64,000 bases of DNA from an uncultured Clostridia bacterium (GCA_963558185.1 CAUWFE010000002.1:24460-88459); one strand, 5' to 3'. Numbered from the stretch's first letter, positions 7,171-16,717 are shown. Program-made: numbers and translations. Notes: generated from the letters alone by a model not told the origin.

Positions 7171-8121
7171 ATGGAAAAAGAAAATGATAATGTTATTTTA
7201 GTAAATAAAGAATCAGATGTAGAAAAATATGAAACAGAAAAAATAAAAAATTTAATTTATACAATTAGAGGAAAACAAGTAATGTTAGATAATGATGTAG
7301 CTATGTTATATCATTATCCAACTAAACGTATAAATGAAGCAGTAAGAAGAAACATCGAGAGATTTCCTGAAAATTTTTGCTTTAAATTAACTGAAATTGA
7401 AGTAGTAAACTTGAGGTCGCAATTTGCGACCTCAAGTTTAGAAAAAGAAAATTATGGAGGTAGAAGATATTTGCCATATGTTTTTACAGAACAAGGCATC
7501 GCTATGCTTTCAGGTTTGTTAAAGAATGATATTGCAATTCAAGTAAGTATAAATATAATGAATGCTTTTGTTGAAATGAGGAGATTTATAGCAACCAATG
7601 GGCAAGTATTTGAAAGACTAACTAGCATAGAATATAGGGTGTTGGAACAAAATAAAAGGTTAACAGAACATGAAAAGAAGTTTGAAAAAGTTTTTGATGA
7701 ACTTCAAAAAAATGAAAAAATAGAATTAAAACAAAGCATATTCTTTGATGGACAAATCTATGATGCATATAGTTTAATTATAGATATTATAAAGAAAGCA
7801 AAACAAAAAATTTTAATCATAGACAATTACATAGATGATAGTATTTTGAAAATGTTATCAAAGAAAAATAAAGATGTAGAAGTCGTAATTTTGACATCGC
7901 AAAATAGTAATCTGAATAAATTAGACATCAATAAATTTAATAAACAATATCCAATTTTAAAAGTGGCAACAACAAATAAATTTCATGATAGATTTATCGT
8001 GATAGATAATAAAGAATTATATCATATAGGAGCTTCTTTAAAAGATTTGGGAAAGAAGTGCTTTGCAATTTCAAAAATTGAAGACGAAGAATATATAGAG
8101 AAAATAAGCAATTATAGTTGA
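7171..8121 (+). CDS. ORF6N/KilA-N-type DNA-binding protein with a PLD-like C-terminal domain
   Basis: IRGKQVMLDNDVAMLY...NIERFPENFCFKLT...GGRRYLPYVFTEQGIAMLSGLL is the ORF6N signature. The C-terminus has HDRFIVIDNKELYHIGASLKD, which resembles HxK-x4-D...GS with K replaced by R. I place the start at ATG 7171 with RBS AAGGAAAG. Confidence 0.75.
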   Translation: MEKENDNVILVNKESDVEKYETEKIKNLIYTIRGKQVMLDNDVAMLYHYPTKRINEAVRRNIERFPENFCFKLTEIEVVNLRSQFATSSLEKENYGGRRYLPYVFTEQGIAMLSGLLKNDIAIQVSINIMNAFVEMRRFIATNGQVFERLTSIEYRVLEQNKRLTEHEKKFEKVFDELQKNEKIELKQSIFFDGQIYDAYSLIIDIIKKAKQKILIIDNYIDDSILKMLSKKNKDVEVVILTSQNSNLNKLDINKFNKQYPILKVATTNKFHDRFIVIDNKELYHIGASLKDLGKKCFAISKIEDEEYIEKISNYS

Positions 8122-8328
8122 AAAATATATTGTATTGTGATAAATATATTCTTTTTAAAATTCCTGTTCTAATATAATATGATATTAATTTAACTCAGGA
8201 AGAAGTTAATAGAATCTTAGACGAATATGCAAAAGTAGAGGTATTGAGTCCAAGGTTTAGACATTTTGCATTCGTAAGTAGGTAGCATAAAAAAGAGAGT
8301 TTTTGCTATATGCAACCTCTCAAAAAAT

Positions 8329-10182
8329 TTATAACTCAATTTTAGGCTGATACCTTTCAAGCCACATATTAACCTGACAAAGATATGCCATAAGCTGAGG
8401 ACCAGTCATTAATTGACCAAACCATGGTCTAGTAAAAGCAGAGCCATTAGTTTCTAAAATTTCCATAATATATTTTTTATTTAATAAAGTAGTAATAGGT
8501 GAATTAGGGTTATTAATAATATCTGTAAGCATTTCTTTTACACATTTACAATAAGTTGGATTCCAAGTTTTAGGATAAGGGCTTTTCTTTCTATCAATAA
8601 TTTCATCTGGTAAAATTCCTTTCATCACATAACGAAGAAGTCCTTTTTCTCTACCTTTCAAAGCTTTCATACTCCAAGGGATATTCCATACATATTCAGC
8701 TAATCTGTAATCACAAAATGGAACTCTAATTTCAAAGCCGTTATACATAGCCATCCTATCAGAACGCTCTAATAAAGTTTGCATAAACCAATTTAATGTA
8801 AGATGTGAAATTTTTTTCTTATTAGCAGTTTCAATATCATCAGTATCACATAAAGAACAGTCTTGTAGACTTTCATTGTAACGATAATCAATATAAGATT
8901 TTAAATCTACTTTTTTACTAATATCCTCTTGTAATAAATTTTGACGTTCAGTAATAGCAATAGACCATGGAAAAGTATTACTATGTAATGCATCTTCTCT
9001 AAAAAACCATGGATATCCAGCAAATATTTCATCAGCACATTCGCCAGTTAAAGAAATAGTAGCATATGGTTTAACTTTTTTACAAAATAATAATAAAGAA
9101 GAATCAACATCAGCCATTCCAGGAAAATCTCTTGCAATCATAGCATCTTTTAAACTATTAGCTAATTCAGGAGTATCTAAAATAATAGAAGTATGATTTG
9201 AATTAATTTTATTTTTCATAATGTCTATATAATAATTATCAGAATTTGGTTGAAAATCTGTCTTCTTAAAATTTTTATCATTATCAACATAATCAACAGA
9301 AAATGTTTGAAGTGGAGGTAAACCGTTTTCTTTGCAGTAATTTGATGCGTATACAGAAATTATACTAGAATCTAATCCACCAGATAGAAATGTACATAAA
9401 GGAACATCAGATACTAATTGACTCTTAATAGAATCTTCTAACAGCATTTTTATTTTACCACAAGTTGTTCCTAAACTATCTGTGTGAGGTTTACTTTCTA
9501 AACGCCAATATCTAACTTGTTTAAAACCATTAGTATTATAAATAGCAAAATGAGCTGGCTTTAATTCATACACATTATCAAATATACCTAAACCAGCGGT
9601 ATGAGCAGGACCTAAACCAAATAACTCACAAATTCCTTCTTTCTTTATTTTTGCTTCAACACCAGGAAATTCAAATAAAGCCTTTATTTCAGAAGCAAAT
9701 ATAAAAGAGTCATCTTTAAAAGTATAATAAAAAGGTTTAATTCCAAAATGGTCGCGAACCATAAATAATTCTTGTTTTGCTTCATCCCATATAGCAAAAG
9801 CAAATACACCATTTAAATGATGAACAACATCATATCCCCAACAGATAAAAGATTTTAATAAAACTTCTACATCTGAATTGGTAGAAAATGTGAAACCTTT
9901 TTCTTCCAATTCTTTACAAAGTTCTTTAGCATTATAAATTTGACCATTATATGTTATGCAATATGTATTTTCATGATAAGTAAATAACAAAGGCTGTTTT
10001 GCATGATTCTCATTTGTAAAAAATAAACTTTTGTGTGCTAATAAAGTAGAGTTTGAAAAATAGTAACCATCTTCATTTGAACCACGATGATTAATTTTAA
10101 TAGCCATGTTAGATAAAATTTTATGGTAAAATTCTGTATTTAAATTTTGCTTTAAATTACTAAAGCCAACAATTCCACTCAT
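8329..10182 (-). CDS. asnB: Asparagine synthetase B-like protein with an atypical N-terminus (Ser replaces the Cys nucleophile)
   Basis: 617 aa. The synthetase-domain PP-loop SGGLDSS is intact and the overall layout is AsnB/AsnO-like. The N-terminus reads MSGIVGF rather than MCG. RBS AAAGGAG lies 8 nt upstream. Confidence 0.8.
   Translation of the reverse strand: MSGIVGFSNLKQNLNTEFYHKILSNMAIKINHRGSNEDGYYFSNSTLLAHKSLFFTNENHAKQPLLFTYHENTYCITYNGQIYNAKELCKELEEKGFTFSTNSDVEVLLKSFICWGYDVVHHLNGVFAFAIWDEAKQELFMVRDHFGIKPFYYTFKDDSFIFASEIKALFEFPGVEAKIKKEGICELFGLGPAHTAGLGIFDNVYELKPAHFAIYNTNGFKQVRYWRLESKPHTDSLGTTCGKIKMLLEDSIKSQLVSDVPLCTFLSGGLDSSIISVYASNYCKENGLPPLQTFSVDYVDNDKNFKKTDFQPNSDNYYIDIMKNKINSNHTSIILDTPELANSLKDAMIARDFPGMADVDSSLLLFCKKVKPYATISLTGECADEIFAGYPWFFREDALHSNTFPWSIAITERQNLLQEDISKKVDLKSYIDYRYNESLQDCSLCDTDDIETANKKKISHLTLNWFMQTLLERSDRMAMYNGFEIRVPFCDYRLAEYVWNIPWSMKALKGREKGLLRYVMKGILPDEIIDRKKSPYPKTWNPTYCKCVKEMLTDIINNPNSPITTLLNKKYIMEILETNGSAFTRPWFGQLMTGPQLMAYLCQVNMWLERYQPKIEL
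8355..8410. repeat. 56-bp perfect direct repeat, copy B (inside the asnB 3' end)
   Basis: Identical to 6679-6734. Confidence 0.9.
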
Positions 10183-10361
10183 ATATTAAGAACTCCTTTC
10201 TACTAGTGATTAACTGTAATTAGTATATGCTAAAAGATAGAAAATGTTTCTAATAAAATTTTGTCATAATTATTTAGCACAAAAAAATTAAAAAAAATAA
10301 ACTTTTTGAAACTTTAAAATATCTAATAAAATAGAAAACAAAAAACAAAGGAGTGAAAAAA

Positions 10362-11264
10362 ATGAAAAAAGAAGGAAAAAAGTTAATTTCAACAATTATC
10401 CCATTATTTATGATACTTATTTTAGGAGGGGTAGTTGGTAACTATATGTCAGGAATGAAGCAACAAAAAGATGCAATAAAAAGTAACATGCTAGAAAAAG
10501 AGACAAAAATAAATGAAATTGAAAATATAGTAGAAGAAACTAATAAAATATCTAAAGATATCGAAACACAAAATGGGCAAACTACAAATCAAGAAAAACA
10601 AAATGAACAAAAACAAAATGAGGCAAAACAAAAAATACAAAATATACAAATAGATTTAGCAGAAACACAAAATGAGCAAGAAAAAACAGAAAAGCAAATA
10701 AATTTTGATAAAACAGTAGCTTTTATTGGAGATTCAAGAACACAAGGATTTATTATGTACAATAATTTAAAAGATGTAATTAACTATTCATATGTAGGCC
10801 TCGCAGTAGATACAGCCATAACAAAACCATTTGTAAAAAATGAATCTGGAAATAAAATAACAATATTAGAAGATATGAAAAATAGAAAATTACAAAAAGT
10901 ATATATTATGCTAGGAATCAATGAATTAGGATGGGCGTATCCAGAAATATTTAGGAAGAAATATTGTGAATTAATAGAAGAAATAAGAAAAATACAACCA
11001 AATTGTAAAATATATGTACAATCAATTATTCCAGTAACAAAAAGTAAATCAGATGGAGATAAAATTTATAATAATACAAATATAGCAAATTATAATAATT
11101 TAATACAAGACTTAGCAAAAGAAGAATATACTAAATATTTAGATATAGCTAAAGCATTAACAGGCAGTGTAGGAATATTACCAGAAGAAGCTAGTACAGA
11201 CGGAATACATGTTAATAAAAAATATTGTGAGAAATGGTTAACATATTTAAAACAAAATATATAG
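10362..11264 (+). CDS. SGNH/GDSL-family hydrolase, membrane-anchored, with a Q/N/E-rich linker
   Basis: N-terminal TM helix. It has a block I GDS motif (FIGDSRTQG) and a C-terminal DGIH (DxxH) motif. I prefer ATG 10362 (RBS AAAGGAG) over the track GTG at 10353. Confidence 0.75.
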   Translation: MKKEGKKLISTIIPLFMILILGGVVGNYMSGMKQQKDAIKSNMLEKETKINEIENIVEETNKISKDIETQNGQTTNQEKQNEQKQNEAKQKIQNIQIDLAETQNEQEKTEKQINFDKTVAFIGDSRTQGFIMYNNLKDVINYSYVGLAVDTAITKPFVKNESGNKITILEDMKNRKLQKVYIMLGINELGWAYPEIFRKKYCELIEEIRKIQPNCKIYVQSIIPVTKSKSDGDKIYNNTNIANYNNLIQDLAKEEYTKYLDIAKALTGSVGILPEEASTDGIHVNKKYCEKWLTYLKQNI

Positions 11265-11276
11265 GAGGATAAAGTA

Positions 11277-11813
11277 ATGAATAAAAATGAAGAAATGATA
11301 GTAGGAACAAGTGAAAATGCAAAAAGTACAGGAAAATTAGTTATTGTACTATTGATAATATTAGTTATTGTGTTAGGAGTAATAATTTATATAGTTGAAT
11401 CAAAACCAGAAGAACCAATAACAATAAATAATGAAGAACTTACTGAAAAATTAAAAACAAATGGAGATTTTGCAGATTTATTAGAAAAAACAGATAAAGA
11501 AATTGCAATAAAAGAATATGAATTAGATGAAAATTTAATAAAAGATGTAGTTATGTATAGAGGAAGTGGAGCTTCAGCAGAAGAAATATTAATAGTAGAG
11601 TCAAAAGAACAAAATTATGTAAATAAAATAGAAGAAAACATAGAAAAAAATATGAAAGAAAAAGAAGAAGCCTTTGCTAATTATTTACCAGATGAAGTAA
11701 ATAAAATAAAAGAAAAAATATTAAAAATAAAAGGAAATTATGTTATACTATGCATATCAAAAGATTCAGATAAAATAGAAAGCACAATAAATGAATATTT
11801 ACAAGAAAGATAG
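11277..11813 (+). CDS. DUF4358-like protein (N-terminal TM anchor)
   Basis: GASAEEILIVE...YLPDEV...KGNYVILCIS matches my recollection of the DUF4358 pattern. Confidence 0.6.
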   Translation: MNKNEEMIVGTSENAKSTGKLVIVLLIILVIVLGVIIYIVESKPEEPITINNEELTEKLKTNGDFADLLEKTDKEIAIKEYELDENLIKDVVMYRGSGASAEEILIVESKEQNYVNKIEENIEKNMKEKEEAFANYLPDEVNKIKEKILKIKGNYVILCISKDSDKIESTINEYLQER

Positions 11814-11824
11814 GTGTAACTAAT

Positions 11825-12325
11825 ATGCATATGGAGGCACAAGAAACATTAATTCAATATGTAAAAGAAAATCAAAATAAACTATACAAATTAGCATATA
11901 GTTATTCAAATAATCAAGATTCAGCTTTAGACATTTTGCAAGAGGCAATTACAAAGGCACTTGAAAATATAAATAAACTAAAAAATCCAGAGTATGTAAC
12001 AACATGGTTTTATAGAATATTAATAAATGAAAGTTTATTATATATAAGAAAAAACAAAAAAATAATTCAGTATACTCTTATAGATGAAGAAAAAGCATTT
12101 GAAAATTATGAAGATATATTAATTGAAAACTTAGACATATATCATTTAATTCAAAATTTGAAACCTAAAATTAAAACTGTAATTATGCTACGCTATTTTG
12201 AAAATTTTAAAATAGAAGAAATAGCACAAATCTTAAATGTTAATACTAATACAGTAAAATCTAGATTATATAAAGGCTTAAGAGAATTAAAAGAAAGTAT
12301 GGAAAGGAGAGAGAAAAATGGATAA
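11825..12325 (+). CDS. sigV: ECF-type RNA polymerase sigma factor (SigV-like)
   Basis: Sigma-70 regions 2 and 4 are present (WFYRILINE..., NTVKSRLYKGLRELKE). The stop overlaps the start of an RsiV-like anti-sigma gene. Confidence 0.7.
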   Translation: MHMEAQETLIQYVKENQNKLYKLAYSYSNNQDSALDILQEAITKALENINKLKNPEYVTTWFYRILINESLLYIRKNKKIIQYTLIDEEKAFENYEDILIENLDIYHLIQNLKPKIKTVIMLRYFENFKIEEIAQILNVNTNTVKSRLYKGLRELKESMERREKNG

Positions 12326-13166
12326 ACTAAAAAAAGCAAAAATAGTTTATGATGCCATTAAAACTCCAGATGAATTAAATAAAATTATTGATGAAACTTG
12401 TCATTGCAAAAAGAAAAACAAAAGAAAAACATATATAGCAATTAAGTATTCAGTAGCAACATTAGCTACAACATTTGCTGTATTTGTAGTATTATTAAAT
12501 GTAAATCCATCTTTTACAAAAGCAGTAGCAGAAATACCTATACTAAAAGATATGGCTAAAATATTTACTTTTAAAGAGTACCATGAAGAAACTGATACAG
12601 ACTTAATAGATGCTAGAATACCAGCAATAGCAAATACTGGTAATACAGACCTAGAAGATAGAATAAATTATGAAATATTATTAAAAATGAATAACATTAT
12701 AGCAGAAACAAAAGAAAGGGCAAAAGAATATAAAAAAGCTGTATTAGAAACAGGAGGAACTTTAGAAGATTATAAACCAATAATAATTGATTTGAATTAT
12801 GAAATAAAATATTCAGATGAAAATATTATATCATTTGTAATAACTAAAACCGAAACATTAGCTTCTGCATATGAAGAAAGATATTATTATAATATAGACA
12901 TAAAAAATGGAAAAGATTTGAACTTAAAAGATTTATTAGGAAATGATTATAAAAAAATTGTAGATGAGCAAGTAAAAATGCAGATAGAAGAAAGAAAAAA
13001 AGACCCTAATAATATTTACTTTGGCGATAAAATTAGTGGATTTGAAGGAATTGAAAATGAATATCATGATTTTTATATTAATGAAGAGGGAAAAGTTACA
13101 ATATCATTCCCAAAATATACAATAGCACCAGGGTATATGGGAATACAAGAATTTATAATAAAATAA
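12318..13166 (+). CDS. rsiV: Anti-sigma factor, RsiV-like (DUF4163/DUF3298 ectodomain)
   Basis: A short cytoplasmic N-terminus, one TM helix (YSVATLATTFAVFVVLL), and an ectodomain with the RsiV-type pattern (INYEI...YEIKYSDENIISFVI...YYYNIDIKNGKDLNLKDLL). Confidence 0.7.
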   Translation: MDKLKKAKIVYDAIKTPDELNKIIDETCHCKKKNKRKTYIAIKYSVATLATTFAVFVVLLNVNPSFTKAVAEIPILKDMAKIFTFKEYHEETDTDLIDARIPAIANTGNTDLEDRINYEILLKMNNIIAETKERAKEYKKAVLETGGTLEDYKPIIIDLNYEIKYSDENIISFVITKTETLASAYEERYYYNIDIKNGKDLNLKDLLGNDYKKIVDEQVKMQIEERKKDPNNIYFGDKISGFEGIENEYHDFYINEEGKVTISFPKYTIAPGYMGIQEFIIK

Positions 13167-13215
13167 AAAAATAACTTATATAAATCAAATTTGATTTATA
13201 TAAGTTATTTTTTTA
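13166..13215. terminator. Bidirectional intrinsic terminator
   Basis: A near-perfect palindrome, AAAAAAATAACTTATATAAATCAAA / TTTGATTTATATAAGTTATTTTTTT, between convergent genes. Confidence 0.8.
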
Positions 13216-13220
13216 CCTGA

Positions 13221-13754
13221 TTATGATATTCTACAGGTGTTTACTGCAATTAATTGCATCTTTTTGGCATCTTTACGAATATAAGCATCAATAAAATCTG
13301 CGCTTAATTTACAATGGGATATGTCTAATATGTCACACTCAGAAAAAAGGTCGCGACCATAAAAATTAGACAAAACATGTTCAACAGCAATGCTTTGCTC
13401 GGTAATTTGTAACAAAACTTCTTCTTCAGCAAATTTATAAATAAGTTTGTTTATAGATGTACGAGAAGGTTTTTTTAAAACTTTAAAAGTTTTAAGCATT
13501 TTTTTATCAGAAGGTAAATTTCTACAAATAGCTAAGCTATTTGTTAAACCATGAGGAATATCATCTTTTTTTAATAACAAAGAAATATTCTCATAATTAG
13601 AAAGTAAAATATCAGCAGAAACTGACATTTTTAAAATAGCCTCTTGCATTTCGCATAGAATTTTGCTCCTTTGATATTGCAGATAATTAGCATAAAATTT
13701 TCTACACTCTGCTAAAAACTGCTGCCGTAACAACTCTTGTTCTTTAATATCCAT
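13221..13754 (-). CDS. hypothetical protein (177 aa)
   Basis: ORF with RBS GGAGGA upstream on the minus strand. No motif recognised. Confidence 0.5.
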   Translation of the reverse strand: MDIKEQELLRQQFLAECRKFYANYLQYQRSKILCEMQEAILKMSVSADILLSNYENISLLLKKDDIPHGLTNSLAICRNLPSDKKMLKTFKVLKKPSRTSINKLIYKFAEEEVLLQITEQSIAVEHVLSNFYGRDLFSECDILDISHCKLSADFIDAYIRKDAKKMQLIAVNTCRIS

Positions 13755-13947
13755 TAGATGTCCTCCTAAAATATATAATTTGCGAAAAAATTATAACACA
13801 CGTATATACTAAAAGCAAGCATAATGAAAAACAAATATACATTATATGACTTACAAAAATATTTATTAAAAATATTATCAAAAGTACTACACAAATAAAA
13901 GTGGTTATGATAAAATAGAAAAAAACATAAGAATGGAGGAAATACAA

Positions 13948-15105
13948 ATGAGCATAAACAAATTTGTTTTAAATGAAACATCTTATTTTGGCAGAGGAGC
14001 CAGAAGTGTCTTAGCACAAGAAATAAAAGAAAGAGGTTTTACAAAAGCATTAGTAGTAACAGATAAATCATTATATGAGGTTGGAGTTACAAAAAAAATA
14101 ACAGAGGAGTTAGATAATGCAAAAATTAAATATGAAGTGTATCACGAAGTAAAACCAAATCCAACTGTTGCAAATGTAAATGAAGGAGTAAAAGCATTTA
14201 AAGATGCAGAAGCTGATTTTATAATAGCAGTAGGTGGTGGTTCATCAATAGATACAGCAAAAGCTATTGGAATTGTTATGGCAAACCCAGATAGAGCAGA
14301 TGTGGTTTCTTTAAATGGGTTATCAAATACAAAAAATAAATCAATACCAATTATTGCATTACCAACAACAGCAGGAACAGCAGCAGAAGTAACAATTAAT
14401 TATGTAATTACAGATGAACAAAAAGAAGTAAAAATGGTATGTGTAGATCCACATGATATTCCAGTACTTGCCATAGTAGATACAGAATTAATGGAATCTA
14501 TGCCAAAATCTATAGCAGCATCAACAGGCATGGATGCTTTAACACATGGAATAGAAGGATATATTACAAAAGCACATAACACAATGTCAGATATGTTTGC
14601 AATGGAAGGAATTAAATTAATTTATAATAATTTAGCAAAAGCAGTAAACGAAAAAGACATAGAAGCAATAGAACAAATGGGATATGGCCAATATATTGTA
14701 GGAATGGGCTTTTCAAATGTAGGATTAGGAATTGTACATTCAATGGCACATCAATTAGGTGCAGTATATGACACACCACATGGACTTGCAAATGCAATAT
14801 TATTACCAACAGTTATGAGATTTAATGCAGAAACAAGTTATGAAAGATATAGAGATATATTAACTCATGCTATGGGAGTAGATGCAACAAGATTTACAAA
14901 AGAAGAAGTAATAAATACATTTATTGAAAAAATTATTGAATTATCAGAACAAGTAGGCATAACTCAAAGAGTAGGAGATGTAGGTGCTAAAGAAGAAGAT
15001 ATTCCAATGCTTGCAGAAAAAGCAATGAATGACCCATGCAAACCAGGAAATCCAAGAGAAGTAACAAAAGAAGACTTTGAAATGCTATACAAAATTGCAT
15101 GGTAG
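13948..15105 (+). CDS. fucO: Lactaldehyde reductase / iron-containing alcohol dehydrogenase
   Basis: Near-colinear with E. coli FucO as I recall it (NETSYFGRGA, AVGGGSSIDTAKAI, PTTAGTAAEVTINYVITDE, GLANAILLP, GNPRE...W at the C-terminus). I place the start at ATG 13948 after GGAGGA. Confidence 0.85.
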   Translation: MSINKFVLNETSYFGRGARSVLAQEIKERGFTKALVVTDKSLYEVGVTKKITEELDNAKIKYEVYHEVKPNPTVANVNEGVKAFKDAEADFIIAVGGGSSIDTAKAIGIVMANPDRADVVSLNGLSNTKNKSIPIIALPTTAGTAAEVTINYVITDEQKEVKMVCVDPHDIPVLAIVDTELMESMPKSIAASTGMDALTHGIEGYITKAHNTMSDMFAMEGIKLIYNNLAKAVNEKDIEAIEQMGYGQYIVGMGFSNVGLGIVHSMAHQLGAVYDTPHGLANAILLPTVMRFNAETSYERYRDILTHAMGVDATRFTKEEVINTFIEKIIELSEQVGITQRVGDVGAKEEDIPMLAEKAMNDPCKPGNPREVTKEDFEMLYKIAW

Positions 15106-15183
15106 TTAAATTATGTAGCGAATCTTTTAATTATAAGTTAGAAGATTCGCTAAAAACAAAACATTAATTAGGAGAGGCTAAAT

Positions 15184-16149
15184 ATGAAATTAAAGCAAAT
15201 AATTTTATTATTGTGTATTATAATAAATTGTGCTGTAATTTTTAATTTTTCAGGACAAGTTGCAACAAAATCTTCAAAAACAAGTGGTAGAGTAGCTGAT
15301 ATAATAATTAAAATTGTACCCTCTTTCAATAAATTAAATGAAGAAGAAAAAGTAATTTTAAAAAAGAAATATATAAATCCAATAGTTAGAAAATTAGCAC
15401 ATTTTTCTATTTATGCATTATTGGGGATATGGACAATTTTATTTATGTTTACATTTAAACGTACATTTTATCAACGCGGGCTAACTGCAATTTGTTTTTG
15501 CATTTTTTATGCAGCAACAGATGAATTTCATCAATTATTTGTAGAAGGAAGAGGAGCACAGCTAGTAGATGTATGGATAGACAGTTTAGGTGCAATAATT
15601 TCAATACTAACAATTATAGTTGTCATTCGTTTATATAGAAAAGCACATAATAAAAATGAAAAAATTACATTAGATGAAAACTTAAAAACTATGTTTATAT
15701 CAAGTACAGGAGGACATTTTAATGAACTTATGCAACTAAAGCCAATAATGGAAAAAACAAATTATCACATAATTACTGAAAAAACAAAGCAAAATGAAAA
15801 TTTAAAAGAAAAATATGGTAAAAAAATTAATTTTTTACTGTATGGAACTAAAAAAACAAAATTTAAATATATATGGATATTATTAGCAAATTCATTTATT
15901 AGTTTATTTTATTATTTAAAATATAGACCACATATTGTAATTACTACAGGAACTCATACAGCAGGACCAATGTGCTGTATAGCAAGAATTTTAGGGAGTA
16001 AAGTAATATATATTGAAACATTTGCAAATAAAGAAAGCAAAACAAGTGCTGGCAAATTATTATATTATGTGGCAAATACCTTTATTGTTCAATGGGAAGA
16101 AATGAAAAAATTATATCCAAAATCTAAATATTTTGGTTCTATTTATTAG
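15184..16149 (+). CDS. VanZ-like membrane domain fused to an Alg14/PssD-like glycosyltransferase accessory domain
   Basis: The N-terminal half has VanZ features (RKLAHFSIYALLG...DEFHQLFVEGRGAQLVDVWIDSLGA). The C-terminal half (FISSTGGHFNELMQL...YIETFA) has the Alg14/Cps14G-type pattern. Confidence 0.65.
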   Translation: MKLKQIILLLCIIINCAVIFNFSGQVATKSSKTSGRVADIIIKIVPSFNKLNEEEKVILKKKYINPIVRKLAHFSIYALLGIWTILFMFTFKRTFYQRGLTAICFCIFYAATDEFHQLFVEGRGAQLVDVWIDSLGAIISILTIIVVIRLYRKAHNKNEKITLDENLKTMFISSTGGHFNELMQLKPIMEKTNYHIITEKTKQNENLKEKYGKKINFLLYGTKKTKFKYIWILLANSFISLFYYLKYRPHIVITTGTHTAGPMCCIARILGSKVIYIETFANKESKTSAGKLLYYVANTFIVQWEEMKKLYPKSKYFGSIY

Positions 16150-16222
16150 AATATACTTTTAATAAATAGAAATAATAATATAAAGAAAAGATATATGTAA
16201 TATAAAAAAGTAGGAGAAAAAA

Positions 16223-16717
16223 ATGGTTTTTGTAACATTAGGAACACAAGACAAAACATTTGAAAGGTTAATAGAGGCAGTAGAAAATCAAGTAAAAAAA
16301 CAAAATATAAAAGAAGAAGTTATAGTACAAGCAGGCTCAACAAAATATGTATCTGACTTTGTAAAAATAATACCATATATGAATGAAAATGAATTTCATG
16401 ATTATATGAAAAAAGCAAATATTATTATAACACATGGTGGAGTTGGTACAATTATAGAAGGGCTGGAACTGAAAAAGAAAATGATAGTTGTACCAAGGCT
16501 TGCAAAATATGGAGAACATGTAAATGATCATCAAGTACAAATAGTAGAAAATTTTGAAAAATCAGGATATATACTAGCTGTATATGATTTAAAAAAATTA
16601 GATTTAGTATTAGCAAAATTAAAAGAATTTATACCAAAAGAATACAAAAAAAATAATGATAAATTTGTAAATAAACTAGAAGAAGAAATACAAAACTTGC
16701 TAGTGTTAAAAAATTAG
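16223..16717 (+). CDS. Alg13/PssE-like glycosyltransferase catalytic subunit (GT28 C-terminal domain)
   Basis: MVFVTLGTQDKTFERL...ITHGGVGTI is the typical Alg13/Cps14F-type pattern. It is paired with the upstream Alg14-like domain. Confidence 0.7.
   Translation: MVFVTLGTQDKTFERLIEAVENQVKKQNIKEEVIVQAGSTKYVSDFVKIIPYMNENEFHDYMKKANIIITHGGVGTIIEGLELKKKMIVVPRLAKYGEHVNDHQVQIVENFEKSGYILAVYDLKKLDLVLAKLKEFIPKEYKKNNDKFVNKLEEEIQNLLVLKN

Larger units (their letters stand above)
6679..8410. mobile_element. Putative degraded integrated element bounded by the 56-bp direct repeats (no integrase present)
   Basis: The direct repeats sit at the 3' end of asnB and the gene tail is duplicated and diverged. The interior holds an ORF6N gene and short ORF fragments: 6866-7023 with an in-frame TGA, and a fragment around 8200-8290. 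Confidence 0.4.
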
